In this document: one piece after another, positions 1 through 12,129 of the stretch
Position numbering within the stretch: position 1 is the first letter of the stretch
Layout: every line of letters begins with the position of its first letter
Assembly: GCF_037042905.1 (NCBI RefSeq)
Contig: NC_087245.1
Location: 40,984,001-41,048,000 of the forward strand
DNA: 64,000 bases
Reading direction: 5' to 3'
From: Lytechinus pictus
Lineage: Eukaryota
Program-made: the position numbers and the translations under genes
Notes under the pieces: generated by a model
What the model saw: only the letters and a program-made list of their open reading frames with translations
Databases searched by the model: none
What the model was told of the DNA's origin: nothing

Positions 1-1392
1 ATTCATGAAGATACTCTCTGTTATGAAAGCTCATCAGAGTCAGATGAGACCCAAGATAATACGCCACATTGTGCTGTGGCTAGTAAATCTGTTATGCCTA
101 ATCAGGCCCTAACTCCTTATGTAGACCTTTTCCATGGTGACCACTGTGTCCATGTTGATCTCGACAGTGGGTCTGCAGAGAATTTGATCAGTCATTCATT
201 AGTTAAGTGTCTTGGAGGTGACATTATTGCCACTTCCCACTCTGCTTACCCAACCGGCCATTCAACGTCACCTTTTGTCATTGTAGGCGAGACTTGTCTC
301 ACATTTTCTCGAGATGGCAGGGACTTCCTTTTTAAAGGATTTGTTGTTGAGTCGCCGAGCCTCATTGTGCGAGCTGGTATTCCATTCATGGAAATGTACG
401 ATGTGTTCGTTCGTCCCGCTAGGCGCGTCGTTACGTTTAGTGATGGACCATCGTACGTATACGGTCCTTCGCTTCAGATTAGTCCTCCCATTGCCAACGC
501 GCCTGCTGCACGTTCGCCTGCCTCGTTTTCCGATATCGTTGAACAGCAGCCTCGCCCTGCTACGTCTCCAGAACACGCCACGTTCAGTGATGGACCATCG
601 TCCGCACTTGGTCCTTCGGTTCGCTCTAACCCTACGACCGTTAACACGCCTGCTGCGTGCTCGCCTGATTCGTCTAACTGTGTCTCCAAACAGGAACCTT
701 ACTCCCCGGCATCCCCGGACTTAGGTACATCGGGCCATCGTTCGACAGTCTCGAGCCCACGATCATCTGCGGTCGAATGCCCTGGCGACAACACCACACT
801 TGCTACATGCTCAGAGCTGTATCCCTTGGACAATGAGGATGTGCTTGAGTCTCAACAAACCCAGTTTCTCAGTCTAGAGAGAGATCCTGTCAGCCACGTT
901 GAGGACAGCAATCCCTCGCTTCATCTTCAGTCTCAGTCACATCAGTCTTTGCATAGGCCACCCATCTCTTCTGTGTTTGAGAACACCAAGTGCTCTCGTG
1001 ATGCTCTCCCAGTTGCACCTCCCATGACTGTTGCTGACTGTACCAGTCCCAACAGCTCCACTGAGGATATCCTGTTTTATGATGTGGCTCACCACCCTTA
1101 CACCCTGAAGATTGAAGACCCCCCTGGTCGACCCCCGGAATCATCTCTCGGGACTCCTACCAGTCATCAGAGCGTGTCACATGATTCCCCTTCGAGGTTG
1201 ACTGTCTCTCTGCATTTGCAGAGTCGCCCCTTACATCCTAGTGGTGATCGCACTGGACTGCCTCCAGGTCGTCCCCCAGACCAAACTGACTATTACATCT
1301 CTCTTAACAGGATGAAATGCTCACTTGATGACGTCACTTCACTAGCAGATAAAGACTGTGTGACTAAACTGAGAAAAAGGACTCATTTCTAG
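1..1392 (+). CDS. C-terminal part of an LTR-retrotransposon ORF: retropepsin-like protease followed by a Ser/Pro-rich tail; open from the window edge, no RT follows
   Basis: Frame is open from base 1. VDLDSGSAENLI resembles a D-S-G aspartic protease site, with later F.G.VVE...IVRAGIPFME..DV.VRPARR typical of Gypsy proteases. Internal duplication TFSDGPS x2 and PPGRPP x2. Confidence 0.55.
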   Translation: MHEDTLCYESSSESDETQDNTPHCAVASKSVMPNQALTPYVDLFHGDHCVHVDLDSGSAENLISHSLVKCLGGDIIATSHSAYPTGHSTSPFVIVGETCLTFSRDGRDFLFKGFVVESPSLIVRAGIPFMEMYDVFVRPARRVVTFSDGPSYVYGPSLQISPPIANAPAARSPASFSDIVEQQPRPATSPEHATFSDGPSSALGPSVRSNPTTVNTPAACSPDSSNCVSKQEPYSPASPDLGTSGHRSTVSSPRSSAVECPGDNTTLATCSELYPLDNEDVLESQQTQFLSLERDPVSHVEDSNPSLHLQSQSHQSLHRPPISSVFENTKCSRDALPVAPPMTVADCTSPNSSTEDILFYDVAHHPYTLKIEDPPGRPPESSLGTPTSHQSVSHDSPSRLTVSLHLQSRPLHPSGDRTGLPPGRPPDQTDYYISLNRMKCSLDDVTSLADKDCVTKLRKRTHF

Positions 1393-2728
1393 TATTTCAT
1401 CGTTCACTTGTACTATTGAACTTCCCTATAGCAGATACAGCCTGTTTTATTAAGCTGAGAACAAAGGACCATCATTCATGTGCACTTTTGTGAGTGATCT
1501 GCCTAGTGTGGAATGCACGCACCTTCATGTACAGCTTGTGTGCCCATGGTGACTAAATTGGACTTTTTCACTAATTTTCCAAATACAGGCTTTTCGAAAT
1601 ATATCATGCTGTATTTTGCGATGTCTTTTCAACTTTTCCCTTCACTTGCTCTTTACTTTACCCTCGTTTTTCCTTTCCTTTCTATGTTTTATACATGGTC
1701 TTTATGCTGATACATGACTTATTGCTTTATATGTCAGATATTTTGTAATGATGTACCGGTATTCACCTTTCTACAGCTATTTAAAGTAGTTGATATTATG
1801 CATTTGACAGTATTTTGTGTATATATGACTTTTATTGCTTAATTGTTGTATTTTTACTTGACTTCATTATTGGGTATTTTTAAATCTACTTGCTTTTGGT
1901 GATTGATTTTCACTGGTATCCACTGCAGGTTGTCAAAGTTTGTACACTCCTTTATCAGTCTACGTTTTATACATGGATTTTCTTAGTAGCCTTTTTACTA
2001 ATGGCTTGTTTGCAGTTAAGGTGTTAAATAAAGGTTCTATTTGATTAGCATTTATAGTACAGTGTTTATATGGCTTATACAGATGTTGGAACATACCTAT
2101 TAGTGATTTGAGCAAGTTTAGATTTATTTGTTCAACATGACACAAACTTTTTTCAGTAATCCATACTCAGCACCCCCACATTAATAGCCTATTAATTGGT
2201 TTTGTTATGCAGGTTGTTCACGCTTTCAATTTATATTAAATTGTTGACACGAGACTGCTTGGTATGTAGTGTTATTTTATCTCAGTTAATTATGGTTATG
2301 CCCTTATATTTGTTTAATGTTTTACAGTTTTTGGTATTCAGTTATCATTTCCCTGTTTCTTGAATTGCTTATTTTTGATTGTGTATGCTACAGCCGTCTA
2401 TATGCTTATATATGACAGTATGTTTATGGTGATGTATTATGTTATATTTTTAACCCGCGGTGGCAAAATATTTGGTACTGTTGTCTGTGTATGATAGCAT
2501 TCCTTTAATCTTAGTATTCGTTATTGACTTTAACCTAGAGTCATATTGTGTAGTTTATAATTTTTGTTCTTGGATTGTTAAGGAGTGGATATTGATTTAT
2601 ATTTTGAATGGTACGATATGGATTGAGCATTATGCTTGGTTCGGTATTTTTCCTCTGTTTGATTTGTAATTTGTTTAGTTTATTTACTGAAGGACTTACA
2701 ACTGACTTTATCCTTTATTTAAAGTTGT

Positions 2729-3325
2729 AAGGGAGGAAATATGGAATATACCGTTATGTTGTTAATTGCAGTTTATCAATTGTGTATTGATATGTCGATC
2801 TGTTGATCATTGCAGTTAATTAATTCGTGTATTGATATGTCGATGTTTGCTGTTTATCATATTAATGTTCTGGCTTGGAAATGCCAAGGGTGTTTCTGTT
2901 TTTAGTTAGTAATTTATTGTTGCTATAATTTACGTCAATACATTGTATGCATTAGTATGTATATGACATTGATTGGCTTGTTATGTGAAATTGTACAATT
3001 CATGCTTTCATAGGGCATTATTTTGACAAAGGTTTTAATTATATGCTTACTATTGATTTTTATATTGTCAGATATGTTTGTTCTGAGGATATAGATTGAA
3101 TTGAATGTTATCGGTTTATTTAAGGTTTTGTCACCAGAAGAGGGAAGAAGAAAAGTGGTTGCGCCAATATGTTTGTTTGTGTAATGTCGCCCTCTGTGAC
3201 GGTTTGTTGTTAAGTCGTCCCTTGTTCGGCCGGCGCTGTTCTGTGAGGTAAAGCCCGATGATGTTGGCTTAATAAACTGTATTATTACTGTAACTGGCTA
3301 CTCATTTTTTGTTTAATTATTGTCG
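2729..3325 (+). mobile_element. Putative PPT plus degenerate 3' LTR of the element at the window start
   Basis: Purine run AAGGGAGGAAA at 2729-2739, AATAAA at 3271. No TG..CA ends and no partner LTR is visible. Confidence 0.3.
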
Positions 3326-3818
3326 GCGTATAAAAAAAACGGGATAGATTTGAAAAGTCTATTTATAAAATTTTTGTTTCGAATTATGATCTCTATATTT
3401 TGCTGTCAATAGGTGCTCTGAAGTCTTATCCTTCAAATGCTATTAAAATGATTTCGTTTCGTTCATGCTTGAGCGAACACGGAATGTTTTTGTCAGGGAT
3501 TTAAAAGGAGGCTTGCGCCAAAATGGCATAAAATGATAAATATGATGGTCGGACTTCTTGCTAATCGGCAGACTTCCTATTAACCTTTTCATTAGCTTTG
3601 CCATAATTTTCGAATTATGCGGTTAAAATTTATTTTCAAATCTACTTATTTGCTTGAATTGTTCTGTTGTTGTTCCTTTTTAATATGTTCTCTTTTAGCT
3701 TTGAATATTCCTTCGTTAGGCAAGAACATATTTTTTAAAACCGAAGTATAGGAGAGCCTGTTTTTTTTCCCTTCAAATCCTTTCATTGTGTGCTACAAAG
3801 CTTATGGTGCCTTTGAAC
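3326..3818. mobile_element. Left arm (long imperfect TIR) of a Tc1/mariner-like MITE
   Basis: Reverse-complement similarity to 18750-19257 (GCGTATAAAAAAAACGGGA vs TCCCGTTTTTTTATACGCACTG-TA). The first ~4 bp are missing. Confidence 0.7.
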
Positions 3819-4446
3819 AGTGGCATACTGATGGGTGGGGGCTCGGGGTACTCCCCCCCCCCCAAATTAAAAAAAAATCATGACCAAGAAAAAAAAAGTG
3901 GAAAGGAAAATAACAGAAAACGTAGAAAGTGAAATATAATATCATTTTCTGAATAAAAATAAAAATTTGATATTTTAATAAAAAAAGTGGAAATTTTTGC
4001 TTGCTCGCTTCACAATTTGCTAAACTGTGTACATGCGCTGCCTGATCAGAGGAGGCGTGGCTATTCCATTTCATGATTGACGCACCTTTATATTATATTA
4101 TATTGAATACACGCGCGACTGATCGGGTATTCAAGGCTGATTGATAAGCGCTTTCGAAACAAACTTCATTATTCCCCAGGACAGGCCCATGCGCATAATT
4201 ATCCATATTTATTACACTTGCACACATACATCCACGTATCTGATCAGGGAGGGCGTGGCTATTCAACTTTAGGCCTACTGCGTTAATGCATGGAGCTAAT
4301 GGAGTGATTTACCATGAATAGTAATACACATTAGATCTTTGATTATTAATACAGATCCGTAGGCATATTTTGGGTTTGCTCTTCATTCATTTGTATGTAA
4401 TCGTTCATTATTTATATGTAATTATTTCAACTCTTGTATATATGTT

Positions 4447-6483
4447 TGTAACATCCCAGAATTAAATAGTGTAATACTGCCAATGTATTGTAATTTTGGT
4501 TATAACTTGTAATATGTATTGCATGTAGTTTGGTATAATCTACACTGGGCAGTTTCTGAATAGAGTTTTCTTAGAATAATCCATGACTAATTCCCTCTGT
4601 CCAGTGCAGATATTTTTCTGTACACTTCGCTATTGGAAAGAGAAAGTAGAAAGTCTTAAAGTCATCTCATAGGAATGTTGTGGTCACCTGTGGAAGGGTG
4701 GAGGCAGAGAGAATCTGAATGAAGAAGATTGTATCCTATTCATTCCATCTCACACCACCTTTGAGACAACATCTAGAGAGAAGACATCTTAATATATTTT
4801 CAACACTTGATTTTTCCATGTCGAATCCAATCCATTAGGGGTAAGTTGAATCCCAATTCACATTTTAAATAATGATATTTATAAATGTTTTACTTTGATC
4901 ATTGTTGTTTAATATGGATCAAGAATAGCATAATATATTTTTGTTCTCTAAATATTTAGGATAAGTTAGTACTTTTTCTGTGAGATACATGTATGTTCAT
5001 TTTCGTTTTGATCCTTTAAATGTGTTTTCTATTTCTTTTGTTATGAATGTTCCTTAATGTAGTATTTGATATACATGTGCTACATTTGATTTGATTTCAT
5101 ATGTTGTGTTAAGACAAAGGTCTCGAAGTATTTTATCGAACATGATTCGCGTGGATATTTTGTATTAATTACTCTAATTGAGGTTAACATAATTCCGTTG
5201 ATTTAAATAATCCAATCATGCTTCATAAACTTCTTTGTTCGTATTTCTTAGAGGAGAAATGATATTATTGTTGTGTTTTACTTAAAGTAACATTGTTATT
5301 TTATCGGTATTATTGTGCTAAATAATATTAGTTTCATCTAATAATTTCTGTGGGGTCAGAAATTGACTTTATTTGCTTAGCATTATATTTAGGATTTATA
5401 TCCAAAATGATATTGCTTGATTATGTTAGATTCATCTGTAGATATTCATACTTTGCATTGATGTTTGCGTAGTTTAAGTTTATAAGAAACTTAGTACCTT
5501 TAAGGCTGTTGCTAGGCGACAGACAGCATTCTGATACATATTGGGGCTGTTGGCCAGTTGCATCATTCATAGAAGTTGGCAGTGTGACGTCATGAATCAC
5601 GGCACATGCTGCAGAAGTTCTGTGGAGCTTCATGGTCATTGTTTAGGTTAGGAGTGATAGGGTCACTCAGGAATGTAGTTTTATTGTCTAGGGACTAGCC
5701 CTGTTCACACTGAAACAACTTGTTATTTAGTTGCAATGTACTTTGGGGAGTACTAGGGTCTGTTCATACTTGAGATTTAATCTGATTTAATTATTAATCC
5801 GATTTAACTTTAGTCTGGTTTAACTTTAATCGTTTACTTGTATTTCAAGTTACGGTTTTGTTTTTTCATAATTTATTATTATTCAATGATATCATTGACA
5901 ATCAGCTTGAACTATTTGAGTTTATTTTAATGAAATTCTTTTTGACAATCATGTTTATTTATCATTACATATATTCATTTAATCATTCATGTTATCTTAT
6001 AACTTAATATATAATTTCTTTGATGTTTATTCTTTGTATCTCTTTCCTTCTTCCCATTTTCTCTCTATTCTATTATACGTTTATATAACGCCTTATTTTG
6101 TCGTGTTATTGCATATTGGTTGAGTGAAGCATGTAATGTGATGATAGTAGAGTCGAGCTACCAGCTTACTACTTTTATTACTGATTGTTTGTATTGGAAC
6201 TCTTGATGTATATGACAATTTATGATTCTTTATTTTCTATTGTTTTCCAGGGTTTTTGTTATTCTTGTAAATAAAGTATGGCATCAAAAGAACCTAGACC
6301 GCTATTCTGAGTCGTATATTCATCTCAATTTTGTGTGTCACACCCCTATCAAAATACCCTGGCGCCCGCTCCTAAATGACACAGCCATCTTGGATATCAT
6401 CATCTTGAGTCTTCAACAGGTTAATCTATAGTGGCATCATGGCAATTCTGAGTCGTATATTCATCTCAATTTTGTGTGTCACA
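4447..6483 (+). repeat. 5' LTR (2037 bp)
   Basis: TGTAACA...TGTCACA; near-identical to 12130-14162. Confidence 0.97.
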
Positions 6484-6487
6484 TTAA

Positions 6488-6505
6488 TGGCGTAGTCGGC
6501 AGGAT
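6488..6505 (+). promoter_or_regulatory. Primer-binding site complementary to the tRNA-Ser 3' end
   Basis: TGGCGTAGTCGGCAGGAT is the reverse complement of ATCCTGCCGACTACGCCA, the 3' end of metazoan tRNA-Ser; it lies 4 nt after the LTR. Confidence 0.9.
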
Positions 6506-6938
6506 GTCTACGTAACCCCCTAAGGAGTAAGACGACGAGATTGCTGATCATCATTTGAGAGACCGTATCCGATCTTGGAGAGGCTGGACTCTTGAGGACT
6601 CTGAAGGACAGAACAGGATGTGTGCTAGCAGCGACCCCCAGGATCAGAACTGACGGACCAAGCGGATTAACGTTAGAGCAAGTGACTGATCAGAAGCAAG
6701 TCAGGAGACGTGTGAAATATACCAAGAGTGGACATTGGAAAAACTAAGAACGGACAATGACCACTGATGAAGACTATTATACAGGACTATTAATAGTATA
6801 TGCGTGATGTAACATTGTGAATTATTTCATACGTGTTTAAACTCTCAGCTTACCTTAGAGATCTATTACTGTGATATATAGATATATATAGCTGTATTTT
6901 TCGATATATCTCCCTTCTGTGCATCACAGGGTTTAGGT

Positions 6939-7832
6939 ATGGACGTGCAGGAGCTCAAAGAGGAAATCGAGGCGCTGAAGGCGGCACTGAAGGCCAGAGA
7001 GGTGAAGGCGGAGGAGACTGGGAAGGTGCAAGCTGCCAGGCCGGTCTACGTAGCTCCAGGAAGGCGCCTGGAGGTCTTCGCGGGTAGGCCAACTCGCCAA
7101 TCTGACCAGGGAGTCCACGATTGGGTAGCCAGTGTCAGGGCCCAGCTAGAGCTCAGGAGCATCAAGGGGAAGGAAGCAGCGGCTTTCATCCGAGAATACC
7201 TCGAAGGTGATGCCAGGAGGGAGGTAAGCGGGAGGGGAGAAGATATAAAAGATGACCCTGAATCGATCTTCTCCGTATTAACCAAAGTATTTGGTGACGG
7301 AAATTCACTACCAAGGCTCCAACAGAGCTTTTACTCATTCGAACAGGGACCTTCTTTTGACCTTCTGAGCTGCTCACTACAGTTGGTAGACCTGTTCGAC
7401 AGAATGGTTCAGCTGGATCCTACCTTCAAGGTCCAGCGCGAGCCATCTCTGAAGAGCAGGTTTGCCGAGGCAGTGAGGGATGAGGCTCTAAGGAGGGAGC
7501 TGAGGAGGCTTAATATAGAGTCTCCGCAGCTTTCTTTCTTTGAGCTTCGAGATAGGGCTCTGGAGTGGCTAGGACCAGTCCAGACAAAACGGAAGGACGC
7601 TTCGGTGAGGACCATGGTTGCGGACCCGGAAGTGATGGAGCTGCTGAAGAAACAGGCCGAGCAGATGGAGCAGCAGCAGAAACAACTGGACAAGATCGCA
7701 TTAATCTTGTCCAGGCGTCAACCCCGGAAGACTCCACCTGGTGATGGGAAATGTTTCAACTGCGGCGAAAAGGGGCATTTCCAGAAGGACTGTAGAAAGC
7801 CAAAGAAGGAGAACCCAGATTTAAACGGGTAA
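6939..7832 (+). CDS. gag: Gag with CCHC zinc knuckle (297 aa, intact)
   Basis: CFNCGEKGHFQKDC knuckle; position after the PBS. Confidence 0.93.
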   Translation: MDVQELKEEIEALKAALKAREVKAEETGKVQAARPVYVAPGRRLEVFAGRPTRQSDQGVHDWVASVRAQLELRSIKGKEAAAFIREYLEGDARREVSGRGEDIKDDPESIFSVLTKVFGDGNSLPRLQQSFYSFEQGPSFDLLSCSLQLVDLFDRMVQLDPTFKVQREPSLKSRFAEAVRDEALRRELRRLNIESPQLSFFELRDRALEWLGPVQTKRKDASVRTMVADPEVMELLKKQAEQMEQQQKQLDKIALILSRRQPRKTPPGDGKCFNCGEKGHFQKDCRKPKKENPDLNG

Positions 7833-7878
7833 CTCCCACCGTCAAGAGCCTGACGGTGGGTGGGTCAGTTGACGGCTC
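7820..7878 (+). promoter_or_regulatory. -1 programmed ribosomal frameshift signal (slippery heptamer plus predicted H-type pseudoknot)
   Basis: T TTA AAC at 7820-7826 in the gag frame; pol is in the -1 frame. Stem 1 is 7835-7844/7851-7860 (10 bp perfect); stem 2 is GAGCC 7846-7850 with GGCTC 7874-7878. Confidence 0.85.
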
Positions 7879-10800
7879 AATTCTCTTACAGAGAGCAGTA
7901 GGAGATTGTCCCGAGGTCATCCTCGACCTTGGATCCGCAAGATGTGTCAGGTGCTTGATAGACACAGGAGCACAGGTATCGACTGTGACTGAGGCATTTT
8001 TCAGGAAATACCTCAGCCACGAGTCGATGGTAGATGTGTCTAGCATCCTTAGCATCAGCGGAGCCCAAGGACTTACAATCCCCTACTGTGGATACGTTGA
8101 ACTGACAGTTCGGGTGCTTGGAAGGAGCTTTCACAACATGGGCTTCCTTGTTGTGAGGGACCCTCCCAAAGCATTGAGTGATAGAAAGAGGCGAGTCCCT
8201 GGAGTAATCGGTTCGAATGTCTTGAGAGACATGCGGCATGAACTGCGCAACGAGCTTGGGGAGGATTTCCTAGATAAGTTCAAGGGTGAGAGAGACGCTA
8301 CTTGGGCTAGTGTCTTGGCCTTGTATGAGGAAATCTCCTGCGTGAACCTCACGACCAAGCTTGGTGGGCTGGGTAGAGTTGCCGGGACGGGACCAGTATT
8401 GCTCCAGGGAAGGTCTCTGCAGACATTGCAGGTTTCGGTAAGGCCTGCAAGGAGGGGGGAGATTCATACTGTGATTGTCGAGGAAATCCAAGGAGAACAT
8501 CTCCAGCCTGGCATCAAGGTAATATCTTCCTTTCTCCAGGTGTCCGAGAATGGCCTAGTGAATGTCCCTGTGTTGAATCTCTCAAACAGAGACATTTACA
8601 TTCATCCAAGGACACCAATAGGGATCGTCAGCGATGCTTCTGAAGTCAACCGACAGGCAAGGCAATCAGCAGTCTGGGTTGAAGAGCATCGACAATCCTC
8701 ATCTCCTGCGGTCGAACAAATACTTCAGAGGATGCAGCTAGGAGACATCTCCAAGGAGCAGCATAGAGCTCTTGAGGAGCTCATAGGGAAGTATCTGGAC
8801 GTCTTCAGTCAAGATGAGGATGACATCGGCCTATGTAAAGATGTGGAACATAGAATCTATACAATGGATGATGTTCTCGTCAAGGTCCCACATAGGCGGA
8901 TCCCACCGCATCATTGGCAAGAGGTAAGGGACTACCTGAAACAATATCTTGACAAGGGTGTCATCAGGGAATCGTCAAGCCCTTATGCAGCCCCGGTGGT
9001 TCTGGTGAGGAAAAAGGATGGCAAGCTGAGGTTATGCGTTGACTATCGTGCTCTTAACACTAAGACGCATAAAGACGCATATCCTCTGCCAAGGATCGAA
9101 GAGGCATTAGAAGCATTGAGAGGAGCTCGCTTCTTCTGCAGCTTGGATCTTGCCCACGGATTCCATCAGATCCCGGTAGCTGAGAGGGATATCCAGAAGA
9201 CGGCTTTCCGTGTTGGTACTGGTGGTTTGTATGAATTTGTAAGGATGCCATTCGGTTTATGCAATGCACCAGCTACCTTTATGAGGCTAATGGATAAGGG
9301 GTTCGGCGACCAGAACTTCCAGACGATTCTGACTTACCTGGATGACATTCTTGTGTTCGGACGAGACTTCGATGAAACCCTTCGAAGGCTCGAGATGGTC
9401 CTTGGGCGTCTTCGAAAGATGAACCTGAAATTCAAGGTCGAGAAATGTCACCTCTTCAAAAGGAAACTCAAATATTTGGGTCATATGGTTGAAGAGGGGG
9501 GCATCTCTCCTGATCCAGACAAGGTAAGGTCCATCCAAGAGTGGAAGACTCCCTAGAACGAGACTGAACTTCGGTCATTCCTCGGACTGGCCGGGTATTA
9601 TCGGAGGTTCGTTCCCCGATTTGCGACCATTGCGGCACCCCTTCATAATCTGGTAGGAGGAGTGCAACAGAAGAAGAATAGTCGCAATGGCAAAAAAGGG
9701 AAGTGATCCAACACTAGGAAAGTGGTCAACAAGAAGTCAGTTGCAGAGGCTTGGGATGACAGCTGTACCAATGCGTTCCAGGAACTCAAGGACCAGCTGA
9801 CATCCGCGCCCTTGCTAGGTCATCCTGACTTCAAGAAGCCGCTTATCCTAGAGACTGACGCTAGCTTCAATGGACTCGGAGCTGTACTATCGCAGAAGCA
9901 AGATGGTCGGCTTGTTGTTCTTGGGTATGCCAGCAGAGGACTACGGCCCCATGAAAAGAACATGAACAACTACAGTAGTATGAAATTGGAACTTCTTGCT
10001 CTTTATTGGGCAATAAAAGATAAATTTCGTGATGTACTACTTGGCACGACAGAGATGAGATGGCAAGCAGATCTTGCTCAGTTTAATTTCAAGATCGAGT
10101 TCAGATCTGGCAGGCAGAATGCTAATGCAGATGCCTTGAGCAGAAAGACTGAGCATGGGATCGAGCAAGGGAGACTTGAAGAAGTTGAAGTGAGTCTCCA
10201 AAGCCACCCTGCATCAATGTCAACGCCAATACCATCAATGCTTGCTGCGAGAGTAGAGGAGGTCCTTGAGGTTAGAGACACAACCCAACCTGAGGAAGGA
10301 GCAGCTTTATCTACCCTTCCTACCCTGCCAAGGGAAGAATTGGCAGCTCTGCAAAGGAATGACTTAGTCATTAAGAGAGTGCTAGCCTACATGCAGAAAG
10401 GAGATAGCCCGACCCCGAAACAGATGGCTAGAGAGGGTAAGCCAGTTCGGAAACTGTTGAGGCAGTGGGAGCGTCTCTTACTTGTAGATGGCATTCTGCA
10501 CCGCAGAGTTACGCTGATGGGGCATCCAATCAAGCAACTTCTGGTTCCAGAAGCCTTGAAGGAAAGGATCTTAAGTGCCCTCCATGACGAAGTTGGCCAC
10601 CAAGCTTCTGAGAAAACAACGAAGTTAGCAGTTCAACGCTGCTATTGGCCAGGAATGGAAGCCGAGATCCGTGCCTACTGTGAGAAGTGCCAGCGTTGCC
10701 TACTTTCCAAAGCAGGTAAGAAACTTCACCCTAAGATGGAATCACTGATTGCGAGAGAACCTCTGGAAGTACTCGCGATGGACTTTACAGTGCTAGAGCC

Positions 10801-12033
10801 CAGCTCTAGTAGAGTGGAGAATGTCCTTGTACTAACCGATGTCTTTACGAAATACACACAAGCAATTCCTACTAGAGACCAGAAAGCTAGTACAGTTGCA
10901 AAGGTGCTCGTCAATAATTGGTTTGTAAGGTTTGGCGTACCTAAGCGACTGCACAGCGACCAAGGTCGTAATTTTGAGAGCAGTCTGGTAAAGGAACTTT
11001 GCCGAGTGTATGGAGTTCATAAGACGAGGACCACCCCTTATCACCCAGAGGGCAATGCGCAGTGTGAACGGTTCAATCGAACTATGCACGACAGACTGCG
11101 TGCTCTTCCACCAGAGAAGAAGAAAAGATGGCCAGAATATCTCCCGGAGCTAGTGTATGCCTACAACTGTACACCTCATTCTTCCACAGGATATTCCCCA
11201 TATTACCTCTTCTTTGGTAGAGAGCCGGTGTTGCCCATCGATCACCAGCTAGGATTTCAAGACTCAGACTCTGACTCAGACTGGTTAGAAGGTCATCATG
11301 GACGCCTGCGAATTGCATTTGATATGGCAAGGCAGATGACCGAGAAGGAAGCGTTGAGAAGAAGGGAGAGGGTAAACCGAACCGCCGAAGACACAAGCCT
11401 TACTATTGGGGCTAGAGTGTTCACCAAGAATCGCATCCTCGGGCGAAATAAAATTCAGGATGCCTGGAGTGACACTCCGTACAAGGTGGTAGCACGGCCC
11501 AATCCCGAGGGAATGTGTATGTCATCGAACCGCTTAGAGGTGATGGTTCACAAAAGACAGTCCATCGTCGAGACCTATTAGATGGACGTGGACTGGTAAA
11601 AGACATCAATCCTGATCGTTTCAATGATGTTACACATGAACCTCAAGAAACTACCCTTCCTTCCGACAACCGATCTGACGAAGAAGATGAGCTGAGGGAG
11701 GTACTCTTTCGAAGTAAGACTCCGCCACCTGTAGGTAATACTGACCCTACAGATTGCATTCCAGTGGGTACTTCCGAAAGAGTAGGGGAGCACCAAGCTC
11801 CTCCGGTTGAACCAGATACTAGGCAGCAGGTAGCAGAAGAGAATGGTTCCTCGGCTACAGAACCTGATACAACTGAAGTTACCGGTTCAGACCACGAGGT
11901 CGAGCCTGTAGTTCCAGTCAGGAGGTCTGCAAGGTTGCAAAGTAAACCGCCTACCCTTTCGTCAGAAATTGTTGCGGATATTACTAGATCTCATTTGTTG
12001 TTTATGCAAATGATGTCTAATCCGAATCCATGA
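7820..12033 (+). pseudogene. pol: pol (protease, RT, RNase H, integrase), disrupted
   Basis: LIDTGA protease, YLDD RT, ETDAS RNase H, H-H-C-C and DDE integrase motifs. In-frame TAG 9554-9556 and TGA 9704-9706, an apparent RNase H deletion near 10045 and a frameshift near 11513. Confidence 0.93.
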
Positions 12034-12120
12034 TTTGTTATTGATCATTGTGTTGTAGTTGTTTAAGTATTATATATTTTTTTAATTGTGTAAAAGTTGT
12101 CAGAGACGACAACATCAAGT

Positions 12121-12129
12121 AGGGGAGAA
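12121..12129 (+). promoter_or_regulatory. Polypurine tract
   Basis: AGGGGAGAA immediately before the 3' LTR TG. Confidence 0.85.

Noticed and set aside
5421..5639. Duplicated small antisense ORF (also 13104-13322)
   Set aside because: Duplicated only because it lies in the LTR; no recognisable motif.
9554..9556. Programmed stop-codon readthrough in pol
   Set aside because: It falls inside conserved RT-thumb sequence and is accompanied by other inactivating lesions.
11515..12033. env-like third ORF in the Gypsy element
   Set aside because: No signal peptide or TM segment; it is the frameshifted integrase C-terminal tail (G-N-VYVIEP).
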